From positions 368-64,367 of the forward strand of contig CANIIC010000001.1 of assembly GCA_947467395.1 (NCBI GenBank): 64,000 nt of DNA. Direction: 5' to 3'. Position numbers and translations under genes: made by a program. The number at the start of each line of letters is the position of its first letter. Within the stretch, counting starts at the first letter, position 1. The stretch is from Bryobacterales bacterium (lineage in GTDB: Bacteria; Acidobacteriota; Terriglobia; Bryobacterales; Bryobacteraceae). Shown piece by piece: positions 8,536 to 21,108 of this stretch. The notes below the pieces were generated by a model. The model saw nothing but the letters and a program-made list of their open reading frames with translations. It did no database searches and was not told the origin of the DNA.

Positions 8536-9621
8536 ATGCAGGAGCTGAAGCGCAAGACGCCGCTTCATCCCGCGCTGAAGTGGTACCCCTGGTCGTCGCT
8601 CGGCCAATTCGACATTTTGGACCAGTTGCTGCAGGGCGATACCGACGCGTTGCTCAAGATGATCGGCCGTGAGCCTGTGCTGGACGTCGGCTGTGGAGAT
8701 GGCGACATCTCCTTTTTCCTCGAATCCCTCGGTGCGCGCGTCGACGCCATCGATAACGCGCCCACCAACTACAACGCCATGTACGGAGTTCGCGCGCTTA
8801 AGGAAGCGCTGCACTCGCCGCTCCGCATCCAGGCTACCGATATCGATCAGCATCCGCAGTTCCCCGGCGCGCACTACGGCCTCACCATCATGCTGGGCGT
8901 GCTGTATCACTTGAAGAACCCGTATCTGGTGCTGGAATCGCTGGCCCGGTGTTCCGACCACATCTACCTCAGCACCCGCATCGCCCAATTGGCACCTGAT
9001 CGCAAGACCGGCTACGGCGGCAATCCCGTCGCCTACCTGGTCGACGATCAGGAACTGAACGCCGACTACACCAACTACTGGATCTTCACCGAAGAAGGCC
9101 TCAAACGCATTGTGCGCCGCGCGGGCTGGGACATCCTGCATTACAGTGCAACCGGCAACGTTGCTACCTCGGATCCCGTTACGCCGAAGGGTGATTCGCG
9201 AGCCTACATCGTCGCCCGCAGCCGCGTTTCCGGACGCCCCAGCGGCTTCCGGCTACTGGAAGGTTGGCATCATCTCGAAAATGACACGTGGCGCTGGACC
9301 GCTCGTAAATTCGCGGCCGAAATCGATACGGCCGCAGCCTCCGCGCCCACGCTGACGCTGAACTTCTACCTGCCGGAGCCCGTCGCCGCGCAACACCCGT
9401 CGATCACGCTCCGCGCCCGTGCCAACGGGCAGGATCTGCCGCCCATCACCTTTAGTTCGGCCGGGAGCCACTCCTATTCCGCGCGTCTCGACACAGTCCC
9501 TGCTGGATCGGTCCACGTGGAGTTTGAACTCGACCGCTGCATCGGCCCCACCTCGGCCGACCCCCGCGAACTCGGCATCCAAGTGGAGTTCTCCGCCGCA
9601 CCGCCGCTCTCGCTCGCCTAA
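8536..9621 (+). CDS. Class I SAM-dependent methyltransferase with a ~130-aa C-terminal extension
   Basis: SAM motif I VLDVGCGDGDISFFLESLGARVDAIDN. The first 49 codons of ORF 8389.. are the antisense translation of the tRNA, so the start was moved to ATG 8536 (start uncertain). Confidence 0.7.
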   Translation: MQELKRKTPLHPALKWYPWSSLGQFDILDQLLQGDTDALLKMIGREPVLDVGCGDGDISFFLESLGARVDAIDNAPTNYNAMYGVRALKEALHSPLRIQATDIDQHPQFPGAHYGLTIMLGVLYHLKNPYLVLESLARCSDHIYLSTRIAQLAPDRKTGYGGNPVAYLVDDQELNADYTNYWIFTEEGLKRIVRRAGWDILHYSATGNVATSDPVTPKGDSRAYIVARSRVSGRPSGFRLLEGWHHLENDTWRWTARKFAAEIDTAAASAPTLTLNFYLPEPVAAQHPSITLRARANGQDLPPITFSSAGSHSYSARLDTVPAGSVHVEFELDRCIGPTSADPRELGIQVEFSAAPPLSLA

Positions 9622-10100
9622 CGCTGAGCGAGCGCCGGAATCGCGTCGCCAGTGAGACGGAACATCGTCCACTCATCCATCGGGATCGCGCCCAGCTTTT
9701 TATAAAACCCGATCGCGGGATCGTTCCAATCCAGAACGCTCCATTCCACGCGCCCGTAGTCGCGCTCCACGGCGATCTTCGCCAGTTGCTGCAATAGCGC
9801 AAGTCCCACGCCGCGCCCGCGATATTCGGGCTTCACGAACAGGTCTTCGAGATACAATCCCGGCTTGGCCAGAAACGTAGAATAGTTCGGGAAGAACAGT
9901 GCAAATCCGGCGCACACGCCGTCGAGGTAGCCGAGCACCACTTCCGCCCCGGGCCGATCGCCGAACAACGTCTGACGCAGTTGATCCTCGGTCGCCGTGC
10001 AGACGTGCGTCAGCTTCTCGTACTCCGCCAACCCCTGGATCATCGCCAGGATCTCAGGAACATCGGCTTCCGCCGCCACACGAATCTGAATCTCGCCCAT
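9618..10100 (-). CDS. GNAT N-acetyltransferase (diamine/SSAT-like)
   Basis: Internal ATG (MGEIQIRVAAEADVPEIL) chosen to avoid overlap with the divergent gene at 10164. Acetyl-CoA motif YRGRGVGLALL. Confidence 0.8.
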   Translation of the reverse strand: MGEIQIRVAAEADVPEILAMIQGLAEYEKLTHVCTATEDQLRQTLFGDRPGAEVVLGYLDGVCAGFALFFPNYSTFLAKPGLYLEDLFVKPEYRGRGVGLALLQQLAKIAVERDYGRVEWSVLDWNDPAIGFYKKLGAIPMDEWTMFRLTGDAIPALAQR

Positions 10101-10163
10101 CCGACCATCATAGGTTGCACGTTTCCGCGCCGTCTGCGTCAAAGCTGAGGAAGGGAGTTCGCC

Positions 10164-11159
10164 ATGCATCGCTTCTTGCTCCTCGCTCTCACTTTCGCTG
10201 CGCTGGTTTCGGCTCAGACCCCGGAAGATCGCACCCTCCGTATCCAAAATGCGCCCACGCCAGCCGATTTCACCGAGCTGAGCCTGTCCGTCCTCTCAGT
10301 CAGCGGCACGCAGGCCGTGTCGTCTGACGCCGAAGCCCGCCAATTCACGATCCGCGGCACCGATGCGCAATTGCAGGCAGCGCAGTGGGTGCTCACGGAG
10401 CTGGATCGCCCGGCTTCCGCCGCGCCTCCCGTCACCAAGCGACTCACCCTGAACGGCAAGGACGAAGCCAACACCGTTAGCGTGTTCTACCTCAGTCCCG
10501 CGATCTCAGCACAGAGCTTCAACGAACTGCAGACCGCCATTCGCACGATGACCGACATCCGCTACGTCGGCCCCGCAGTCCAAAGGCGCGCGCTGGCCCT
10601 GCGCGGCACCGCGGAGCAAGTTGAATTTGCGACCTGGCTTTTGGCCCAACCCAGTGCACAGCCAGCGTCGTACGTCTTTCCGCAGCGCCCCGACGCCAAA
10701 GAGCAAGCGCTGATGGAGCGGGGCTTATTCGACAATCAGGTCCGCGTCTTCCGCTACGCAAACGCCCCCAGCGTGCAAGTCTTCAACGAATTCCAAACTC
10801 TGCTGCGCACCATCAGCGACATTCGCCGCGTCTATCCGTACGTCGAACAGCGCACCATCTTCTTGCGCGCCACGCCGGATCAAGTGCCGCTCGCGCTGTG
10901 GCTCACGGCTCAGCTCGACAAGAAACTGCCCACCGAATCGAAAGTCGTCTCGGAGGCCTACTCCACGGCCGACGGCGATTTGGTCCGCATCTTCCACTTC
11001 GCCGGCGCCACCGCACAGGACGCCTTCCGTGAGCGCGCCACCGCATTGCGCACCGCTACCGGCATCAGACGCTTCTATCCCTTTGAGTCCGCCCGAACCA
11101 TCGCGGCACGCGGGACGCCCGCACAAATCGCGCAGCTGGAAGCGCTTTTCCAACAGTAG
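10164..11159 (+). CDS. Secreted protein built of four tandem ~75-aa secretin-N/NolW-like repeats
   Basis: Signal peptide MHRFLLLALTFAALVSAQ. Four repeats share the pattern V.VF.....a..F.E....LRT..DIR.V.......i.LRGT..Q...A.WL...LD. Confidence 0.6.
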   Translation: MHRFLLLALTFAALVSAQTPEDRTLRIQNAPTPADFTELSLSVLSVSGTQAVSSDAEARQFTIRGTDAQLQAAQWVLTELDRPASAAPPVTKRLTLNGKDEANTVSVFYLSPAISAQSFNELQTAIRTMTDIRYVGPAVQRRALALRGTAEQVEFATWLLAQPSAQPASYVFPQRPDAKEQALMERGLFDNQVRVFRYANAPSVQVFNEFQTLLRTISDIRRVYPYVEQRTIFLRATPDQVPLALWLTAQLDKKLPTESKVVSEAYSTADGDLVRIFHFAGATAQDAFRERATALRTATGIRRFYPFESARTIAARGTPAQIAQLEALFQQ

Positions 11160-11169
11160 ACCTCGGCAA

Positions 11170-11754
11170 TCAGTGGGACCGGAACAGCGTCAGCAAGTCC
11201 CGCCAATCCCAACCGCGACTGCGCCACAGCACCAGCAGGAACACCACCAGCACCAACACGCCCGCCGCCGTCCATTCGTGCCGCTTCACATCGTCGACCA
11301 GCGTCCGGAACAGATGCCCGCCGCTCCAGCCGATGGCGGCCATGACGATGCTCCACGCAATCGCCCCGGTCAGATTGGTCCAGAAGAATGTGGCCCTCGG
11401 CATGTCCGCCACGCCGCAGGCCAGCGCCGCCGCTGTTCGAAATCCCACCAGGAAGCGCGAAGCGAACAGGAACAGTGCGCCCCGCCGCTGCACCCAACCC
11501 ATCACGTTCCGCAGATGTTCGGCCTTGCGATCCGTCCCGGTCATCAGCGCCGGACCACGCTTTCGCGCAAGCTGATACAGCAGCTGGTTCTGCAAGGTTG
11601 TCGTCACGCTCGCAACCGTGCAGATCCAGCCCAGGTGTAGATACCCGCGATGCGCCAGAAACGCCGCCGAGATCACCGTCGCGTCCCCTTCGAACACCGT
11701 TCCGGCCATCACCATCCAGTAGCCGTACGCCTGCACCAACTGGTCGATCGTCAC
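11170..11754 (-). CDS. DedA-family (SNARE-associated) membrane protein
   Basis: Blocks GTVFEGDATVISAAFLAHRGYL and SRFLVGFRTAAALACG, with multiple TM helices. Confidence 0.8.
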   Translation of the reverse strand: MTIDQLVQAYGYWMVMAGTVFEGDATVISAAFLAHRGYLHLGWICTVASVTTTLQNQLLYQLARKRGPALMTGTDRKAEHLRNVMGWVQRRGALFLFASRFLVGFRTAAALACGVADMPRATFFWTNLTGAIAWSIVMAAIGWSGGHLFRTLVDDVKRHEWTAAGVLVLVVFLLVLWRSRGWDWRDLLTLFRSH

Positions 11755-11809
11755 TGATTCTGAGTATCGCGCAAGGCCGCTATACTAGAGATCTCCCCCA
11801 GCTGTCGCC

Positions 11810-15285
<3,476 letters not shown>

Positions 15286-15289
<4 letters not shown>

Positions 15290-16209
15290 GTTCACCCAGC
15301 CCAGCTCCGCTGAAGGCACCGAACAAAGATTCCAGTAGCGACCCGTCTCCTCAGGAAACACCCACGCCCACCAACATGGCAGAATCCGCTGCACCGACAG
15401 AAACAAACCCCAGCTGGGAGCGAGTCCTACTCGCCCGGCACGCCAAGCGTCCCCATTCGCTCGATTACATCCAGCGTCTGTTCACCGATTTCGTAGAACT
15501 GCATGGCGACCGCGCCTTTGCCGACGATCACGCCATCGTGGCTGGCATGGCCTGGTTCGACGAGCAGCCGGTGATGGTGGTGGCGCAGCAAAAAGGCCGC
15601 GATACGAAGCAGCGTATGTTCCGCAACTTCGGCTACCCGCACCCGGAAGGCTACCGCAAGTCGATGCGCCTGATGGATATGGCAGCAAAGTTTAACCGCC
15701 CGATCATCGCCCTTTTGGACACTCCGGGCGCGTGGCACGGCAAGGACGCCGAAGAGCGCGGCCAGGGTCGCGCGATCGCCAATAACCTGCGGGAAATGTC
15801 GCGCTTAGGCGTTCCCATCGTCGCCGTAGTCCTGGGCGAAGGCGGCAGCGGCGGCGCACTCGCACTGGGCGTCGCCAATCGCATCTATATGATGGAGAAT
15901 GCAGTCTACAGCGTCATCTCCCCGGAAAGCTGCGCCGCGATCATCTACCGCGACTCCTCCCGAGCCCCGGCCGCCGCCGCGTCCCTCAAGATGACCGCAC
16001 CGGACCTGCTGAAGCTCGGTTTGATCGACGGCATCGTGCCCGAACCGCAAGTTGGCGCCCATGCCGATCCCGACGGAGCAGCTGAAGCCCTGCGCGAAAC
16101 CCTGCGGACGGCTCTGGCCGGTCTGCGCGGCATGACCGCCAAGCAGCTCATCGATGACCGCTACGCCAAGTTCCGCGCCATGGGCAGCGCATTTGTCACG
16201 GAGTCCTAA
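15286..16209 (+). CDS. accA: Acetyl-CoA carboxylase carboxyltransferase alpha subunit
   Basis: Blocks LARHAKRPHSLDY, GYPHPEGYRKSMRLM, LDTPGAW and GEGGSGGALALGV. ATGA start/stop overlap with dnaE. dnaE-accA adjacency is also seen in E. coli. Confidence 0.93.
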
Positions 16210-16476
16210 ATGAAGAAGCCTGTCCTGGTGGGAATCCTGATCGTCGCCGCCATCCTGGGGATCATGGTCTACGGCAGCCTCAGCCTTTCCGCCCATCGCG
16301 TCGAGGTCTGCATCAACTTCAAGGGCGTCCTAAACTGCAAAACAGCCCGCGGAGCCACGCAGGAAGACGCCATCCGCACCGCCACGGCCAACGCCTGCGG
16401 CGAGATGGCCTCCGGCGTAACCGATTCCATGGCTTGCACCCGTTCCGAGCCGGCAAAACTTACGGTACTGCAGTAG
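16210..16476 (+). CDS. Small membrane-anchored or secreted Cys-containing protein (88 aa)
   Basis: The ATG directly abuts the accA TAA. N-terminal hydrophobic helix KKPVLVGILIVAAILGIMVYG. Four Cys residues in the soluble part. Confidence 0.45.
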   Translation: MKKPVLVGILIVAAILGIMVYGSLSLSAHRVEVCINFKGVLNCKTARGATQEDAIRTATANACGEMASGVTDSMACTRSEPAKLTVLQ

Positions 16477-16757
16477 GGTGTAATTTGCTTCATACCCCGC
16501 AGGCCGAATTAACGGTCCGCGGCGCTCCGCTAGTACCACCGTTAATCTGAGTCTCTTTCGTAAGATACCTCCATCCGCCATAAAAAGTCCCGCTTTTGTG
16601 GCGCATGACGTACTGATCCAATCCCCGTTTATTGCGCGAGAAGTACCCAAACCAGCGAGCCTCGGATTTGAACCCATAGTTGTGTGAACAAAACAAGCCC
16701 ATCCTCCATCCCTGTAGGGCGGTAAAGCCATCCCAGGTAGCCGCATGGAGGAATTGC

Positions 16758-17432
16758 ATGAAATTTGGTCTACATAAATCTCTTTTGGCTGTCTTAATTG
16801 CGAGCGCGCTCGCTTTGCCGGCCGCCGCGGACACGCTGACACTGAAACTCACCTGCGTGCTTGGCAATACCGCCTGCACTAGCGTCCCCAGCTTCGGCAC
16901 GATCACGTTGGTCGACACGGGTGCCAATCAGGTCCAACTCACCGTGAACGTCCTGAATTCCGGAATTAAGTTCCGTGACTTGGCGCTGAATCTGACCTCG
17001 GCCGGTCTTGTGCTGCCGGACATCACTTCGTCCGTGGGTGAGAATCTGGTGATTAGTTCGAACGGCTTCTCCAACCCCAACTACACGGGCTTCTTTGACC
17101 TCGGCGTCTCCGGCGGCCAAGGCTGGAACACCTCCGGTCCGACGCCCTACGTCACGACCCTGGCCGCCTCACCCACTGGCACGCTGACCGTAGCGATGTT
17201 TAACCAGAAGGATTCCCTGAACAACGTCTACGCCGCGATTCACTTGCAGAGCATCTCTTGCGACGACGGTACCTGCACCCCCGGACGAACGGGTGGGCAA
17301 TCGATCAAAGTGGGTGGCATCCTCGACAGCTACGTCACCACCAACTCGGTTCCTGAGCCGCAGTCCGCCGCGCTCCTCGGTACGGGCTTGATCGGTCTGG
17401 CTTTCGCCGCCAAGCGGATGCGCCGCAAGTAA
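16758..17432 (+). CDS. PEP-CTERM sorting-domain protein
   Basis: ATG 16758 follows GGAGGA. Signal peptide MKFGLHKSLLAVLIASALALPAAA. C-terminus VPEPQSAALLGTGLIGLAFAAKRMRRK (PEP motif + TM + basic tail). Confidence 0.8.
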   Translation: MKFGLHKSLLAVLIASALALPAAADTLTLKLTCVLGNTACTSVPSFGTITLVDTGANQVQLTVNVLNSGIKFRDLALNLTSAGLVLPDITSSVGENLVISSNGFSNPNYTGFFDLGVSGGQGWNTSGPTPYVTTLAASPTGTLTVAMFNQKDSLNNVYAAIHLQSISCDDGTCTPGRTGGQSIKVGGILDSYVTTNSVPEPQSAALLGTGLIGLAFAAKRMRRK

Positions 17433-17455
17433 ACAGTTCACACCCTGCAGTCTCG

Positions 17456-17493
17456 AAGGGCGGCTCCTGCAAGGGGCCGCCCTTTTTCTTTTT
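17456..17493 (+). terminator. Rho-independent terminator after the PEP-CTERM gene
   Basis: GC-rich hairpin aagggcggctcc..ggggccgccctt followed by tttctttttg. Confidence 0.7.
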
Positions 17494-17527
17494 GTCTGAA
17501 ACAAATCTGGTGTAAGATTCGTGACGC

Positions 17528-18388
17528 ATGTCCCGACTTGCCACCCTCGCCCTGCTGGCCCTGCTCGTTCCTCCCGCCTTCGCCCAACTGGACCTCACCG
17601 GCGTCTGGGTCCCCGTCTTCCACGAGGATCAGCCCGAGCGCATACCCGGCCCCGCCCTGGTGGATTACCTGGGCCTCCCCATCAACGACGCCGCCCGCAA
17701 GTGGGCCCTCTCCTGGAACCCCGACCGCCTCACCGCGCAGGAGCATCAGTGCCAGGTCCATACCGCCGCCTACATGTATCGCGGCCCCCTGTTGCTGCGC
17801 GTATGGGAGGAGCGCGACCCCCAAACCCAGAACATCGTTGCCCTGAAGCAGTACATCAACAACTACGAACAGAACCGCACCATCTGGCTGGACGACCGCC
17901 CCCACCCGCCCGAATACGTCGCCCACACCTGGATGGGGTTCTCCACAGGCGAGTGGCAGGGCAACGTCTTCACCGTCTACACCAGCCACATCAAACAGGG
18001 CTGGCATCGCCGCAACGGGCTGCCCTCCAGTGACCGGATCAGCTTGGTGGAGCACTTCATCCGTCACGGCGACACCCTGACCCACGTCAGCATCGTGACC
18101 GACCCCGACTACCTTGAAGAACCGCTCATCAAGAGCCAGGATTTCGTCCTGAGCCCGACCGCCGGCTGGGAGACCGCTGGCACGAACCTGCTCGCTAACT
18201 GGTTGTATCCATGTGAGTACGTCGAAGAAGCCCCGTGGCGGAATCGCGACCGCGTCCAGAGCTTCGCCCCCGGCGAAAACCCGTTCCTGGACGAATTCTC
18301 GAAGCAGAATAACATCCCCCGAGCAGCCGCCCTGGGTGGCGCCGCCACCATGTACCCGGAGTATCGCGATACGCTCCCGCGCCGTTAA
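17528..18388 (+). CDS. Secreted protein of unknown function (same family as 52438..53271 and 53289..53984)
   Basis: Signal peptide MSRLATLALLALLVPPAFAQ. Shares LDLTGVW, W.GFSTGEWQGN..TV.T and DPDYLEEP-type blocks with the two downstream paralogs. Confidence 0.6.
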   Translation: MSRLATLALLALLVPPAFAQLDLTGVWVPVFHEDQPERIPGPALVDYLGLPINDAARKWALSWNPDRLTAQEHQCQVHTAAYMYRGPLLLRVWEERDPQTQNIVALKQYINNYEQNRTIWLDDRPHPPEYVAHTWMGFSTGEWQGNVFTVYTSHIKQGWHRRNGLPSSDRISLVEHFIRHGDTLTHVSIVTDPDYLEEPLIKSQDFVLSPTAGWETAGTNLLANWLYPCEYVEEAPWRNRDRVQSFAPGENPFLDEFSKQNNIPRAAALGGAATMYPEYRDTLPRR

Positions 18389-18480
18389 GTTTGCTCCTGG
18401 TACAGGGTGATTTGGTTCTTGCTACAGTAGGTGTTCATGCGCAAATGCGCGCGACCGAGTAGAGGACATTCGCACACGGA

Positions 18481-19902
18481 ATGAAGAAACGAATCGGAGT
18501 TTTCGGCTGGGGAATCGTAGCCCCGAAATCTCCCAACATCGAGGCTTTCCGCCAAAACCTGGCTTCCGCTGAGACCTGGCTGACGCCCTTCAACGGCTTT
18601 GGTCCCGACAACTTCCTGGTCGGTATGCCGCAGTTTGATTTCGCCGACTATCAGGGCTGGATTGGGGAGCGCTTTGCACCCCGCACCTTCCAGCGCCTTC
18701 TCGACAAGATGGACTACCCATCGCTCTACGCCCTGGGTGCGTTCATTCAGTCCCTGGGCCAAAACCCGGGCATCGAACAGGTGCTGCAGGAACTCGGCAC
18801 GCAGGCGCATGTTTACGTCGGCACCGGGCTGGGCAGTCTGCACACGATTTACGACGTCAGCGTGAAGCTGCATGAATCCCAGAAGCGCTGGGACGAATTC
18901 TGGGCCGGACGCGAGCAGGAACTGCAGGACTACCTGCAGGAACTCGCCAAGATCGACGGCACCTCCATCGAAGGCGGCATTGAAGCCGGCAAACTGCACG
19001 CCATCCGCGATCGCGAAAAGAATCGCGTGAAGCTGCAGGAAAAGTGGAACGCTCCGGAGCCGCCATGGGTGGTGTCCGCGAATCTCATCTGGAACATCCA
19101 GAACACGCCCGCCGCGCAGATCTCCATCCTGGGCAAGATCACCGGCATGGCGTTCGCGCCTGTGGCCGCTTGTTCCACCTTCGGAGTCTCGCTGCGTCTG
19201 GCCATGACCGCGATTCAGAGCGGCGAGGCCAAGGCCGTGGTCATCGGCTCTTCCGACCCTCCGCCGCATCCCTTGACCGTCGGCGCGTTCTACAACGCGC
19301 GCGTACTCTCCGCGGACCGTACGTTATCTGCTCCGCTCACTCGTCTGCAAGGCACCCACGTGGCCGGTGGATCCGTAGTGTGGATCGTCGGCGACATGGA
19401 TTACATGACCTCGCGCGGCTTCAAGCCGCTGGGCATGGAACCGGTGGGCGTGGGCGTCACCTCCGACGCCGAACACATCATCACGCCGTCGCCGGACGGT
19501 CCGCGTGCCGCCATGAACCAAGCATTGATCGAAGCAGGCGCCACCCCAGCCGATATCGGCAGTTGGGATCTGCACGCCACGGCCACGCCGGGCGATTATT
19601 CGGAAGTTACCAACCTGCGTTCGATCTTCCCGGACAGCGTCCTGGTCACGGCTCGCAAGGGCACCTTCGGCCACGGCATGAGCGCCGGCGGAGGCTGGGA
19701 GCTGACTGCGCAATACTTGGGCTACTCCGAAGGCAAGCTGTTCCCCACGCCGCTGTCGCGTGAGGACCTGAACGCCACCATCGGGCAGATGCATCAGAAC
19801 TTCGTGTTCAATACCGCCTGCGATGTTCCGCATGGCTTGAGCGGCAAGCTCTCCATGGGCATCGGCGGCATCAACGCCTGCGTGATTTCAAAGAAACTGT
19901 AG
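18481..19902 (+). CDS. Beta-ketoacyl synthase family protein (KAS I/II-like, Cys-His-His) with a ~65-aa insertion
   Basis: Active-site contexts PVAACSTFG, DLHATATPGD and FGHGMSAGG. There is an extra charged segment HESQKRWDEFWAGREQELQDYLQELAKIDG...KLQEKWNAPEPPW ahead of the Cys. Confidence 0.8.
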   Translation: MKKRIGVFGWGIVAPKSPNIEAFRQNLASAETWLTPFNGFGPDNFLVGMPQFDFADYQGWIGERFAPRTFQRLLDKMDYPSLYALGAFIQSLGQNPGIEQVLQELGTQAHVYVGTGLGSLHTIYDVSVKLHESQKRWDEFWAGREQELQDYLQELAKIDGTSIEGGIEAGKLHAIRDREKNRVKLQEKWNAPEPPWVVSANLIWNIQNTPAAQISILGKITGMAFAPVAACSTFGVSLRLAMTAIQSGEAKAVVIGSSDPPPHPLTVGAFYNARVLSADRTLSAPLTRLQGTHVAGGSVVWIVGDMDYMTSRGFKPLGMEPVGVGVTSDAEHIITPSPDGPRAAMNQALIEAGATPADIGSWDLHATATPGDYSEVTNLRSIFPDSVLVTARKGTFGHGMSAGGGWELTAQYLGYSEGKLFPTPLSREDLNATIGQMHQNFVFNTACDVPHGLSGKLSMGIGGINACVISKKL

Positions 19903-19920
19903 CCAGCAGCTAGGATAAGA

Positions 19921-21108
19921 GTGGTGCCGAACCACTCTGACCTCGCCCTGTCGCTCCTGGTCATCTTCGTCGCAGCCAAGCTGCTGGCGGAGGTCTTCGA
20001 GCGCCTGCACCAACCCGGCATCGCCGGCGAGATTCTGGCCGGCGTCCTCATCGGACCCCACGTGCTCGGCTGGATCGGGCAGAACGATACCGTCGCCGTC
20101 CTGGGCGAGCTGGGCGTCATGTTCCTCCTGTTCCGCGTCGGGCTGGAAGTGAAGGCCTCCGAACTGATCGCTGTCGGCGGTCGCGCTGCGTGGATCGCCA
20201 GCCTGGGCGTCGCCGTTCCCTTTCTTGCGGGATGGGGACTTTCCAAGTGGTGGGGCCTGCCAACGCTGGAGGCTCTGTTTATCGGCGCCGCGATGGTGGC
20301 GACCAGTGTCGGCATCACCGCACAGGTGCTGGCCGCGGGCGGGTGGCTGGACGAACGCGCCAGTAAACTGATCCTGGCCGCCGCAGTGATCGACGACGTG
20401 CTCGGCCTGATCGTTCTCGCCGCCGTCAGCAGCTTGGCGCGCGAAGCGGTCAGTTACACCGAACTCGGAATTACAGCGGCGCTCGCCATCGGCTTCACCG
20501 TCTTCGTCGTCTTGTACGGCAGCCGGATTCTGCAACGCGTGGTTCCCAAAGTCCAAGGCGGCATGTCCGGAGCCGAAGCGCAGTTCACGCTAGCGTTGGT
20601 GTTGCTGTTCGCGCTTTCTCTGCTGGCCACCTACACCGGAGTCGCCGCCATCATCGGTGCGTTTCTGGCAGGCATGGCGCTCTCTGAAGTGGTCGATCAC
20701 CGCGTGCATACGTTGACCGACGGAGTGACGGAGTTGCTGGTGCCATTCTTCCTTGTCGGCATCGGGCTTCACTTCGATCCGGCCACGCTGCGCGATCCTG
20801 CAAACCTACTGTTCGCTGGAATCGTGTTGGTCGCCGCAGTGGCGTCCAAGCTGGTGGGCTGCGGCGTGGGCGCTTTGCCGCTGGGAAGGACTGACGCGCT
20901 GCGTGTCGGTATCGGCATGATCCCGCGCGGCGAGGTCGGGATGGTGGTGGCGCAGATCGGCCTAGGTTTTGGCGTGATGCAGGCGAACGTCTACGGGACC
21001 ATCGTGTTCATGTCCGTCGCGACCACATTGATCGCTCCGCCGCTGCTGCGCCTCGCGTTTCGCGGAGCTAGGCCCGGAGAGCCTGCGGAAGCCTTCCGCC
21101 TCGGCTAG
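19921..21108 (+). CDS. Cation:proton antiporter (CPA2/Kef-type membrane domain, no KTN domain)
   Basis: GTG start. Block LLAEVFERLHQPGIAGEILAGVLIGPHVLG. About 11-12 TM helices. Confidence 0.85.
   Translation: MVPNHSDLALSLLVIFVAAKLLAEVFERLHQPGIAGEILAGVLIGPHVLGWIGQNDTVAVLGELGVMFLLFRVGLEVKASELIAVGGRAAWIASLGVAVPFLAGWGLSKWWGLPTLEALFIGAAMVATSVGITAQVLAAGGWLDERASKLILAAAVIDDVLGLIVLAAVSSLAREAVSYTELGITAALAIGFTVFVVLYGSRILQRVVPKVQGGMSGAEAQFTLALVLLFALSLLATYTGVAAIIGAFLAGMALSEVVDHRVHTLTDGVTELLVPFFLVGIGLHFDPATLRDPANLLFAGIVLVAAVASKLVGCGVGALPLGRTDALRVGIGMIPRGEVGMVVAQIGLGFGVMQANVYGTIVFMSVATTLIAPPLLRLAFRGARPGEPAEAFRLG

Noticed and set aside
16477-16757. Sigma-54 (TGGCAC-N5-TTGCW) promoter for the PEP-CTERM gene
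   Set aside because: The only similar string (tggcgcatgacgtactg) lacks the -12 TTGC element.
16490-16759. 89-aa W/Y/F/G-rich minus-strand ORF (MQFLHAATWDGF...GGWRYLTKE...) in the spacer upstream of the PEP-CTERM gene
   Set aside because: Its composition is not the usual antisense type, so I looked twice. However, its ATG shares the CATG with the PEP-CTERM start, which leaves no promoter or RBS space. I see no RBS and no recognisable family. I treat it as non-coding leader unless expression data say otherwise.
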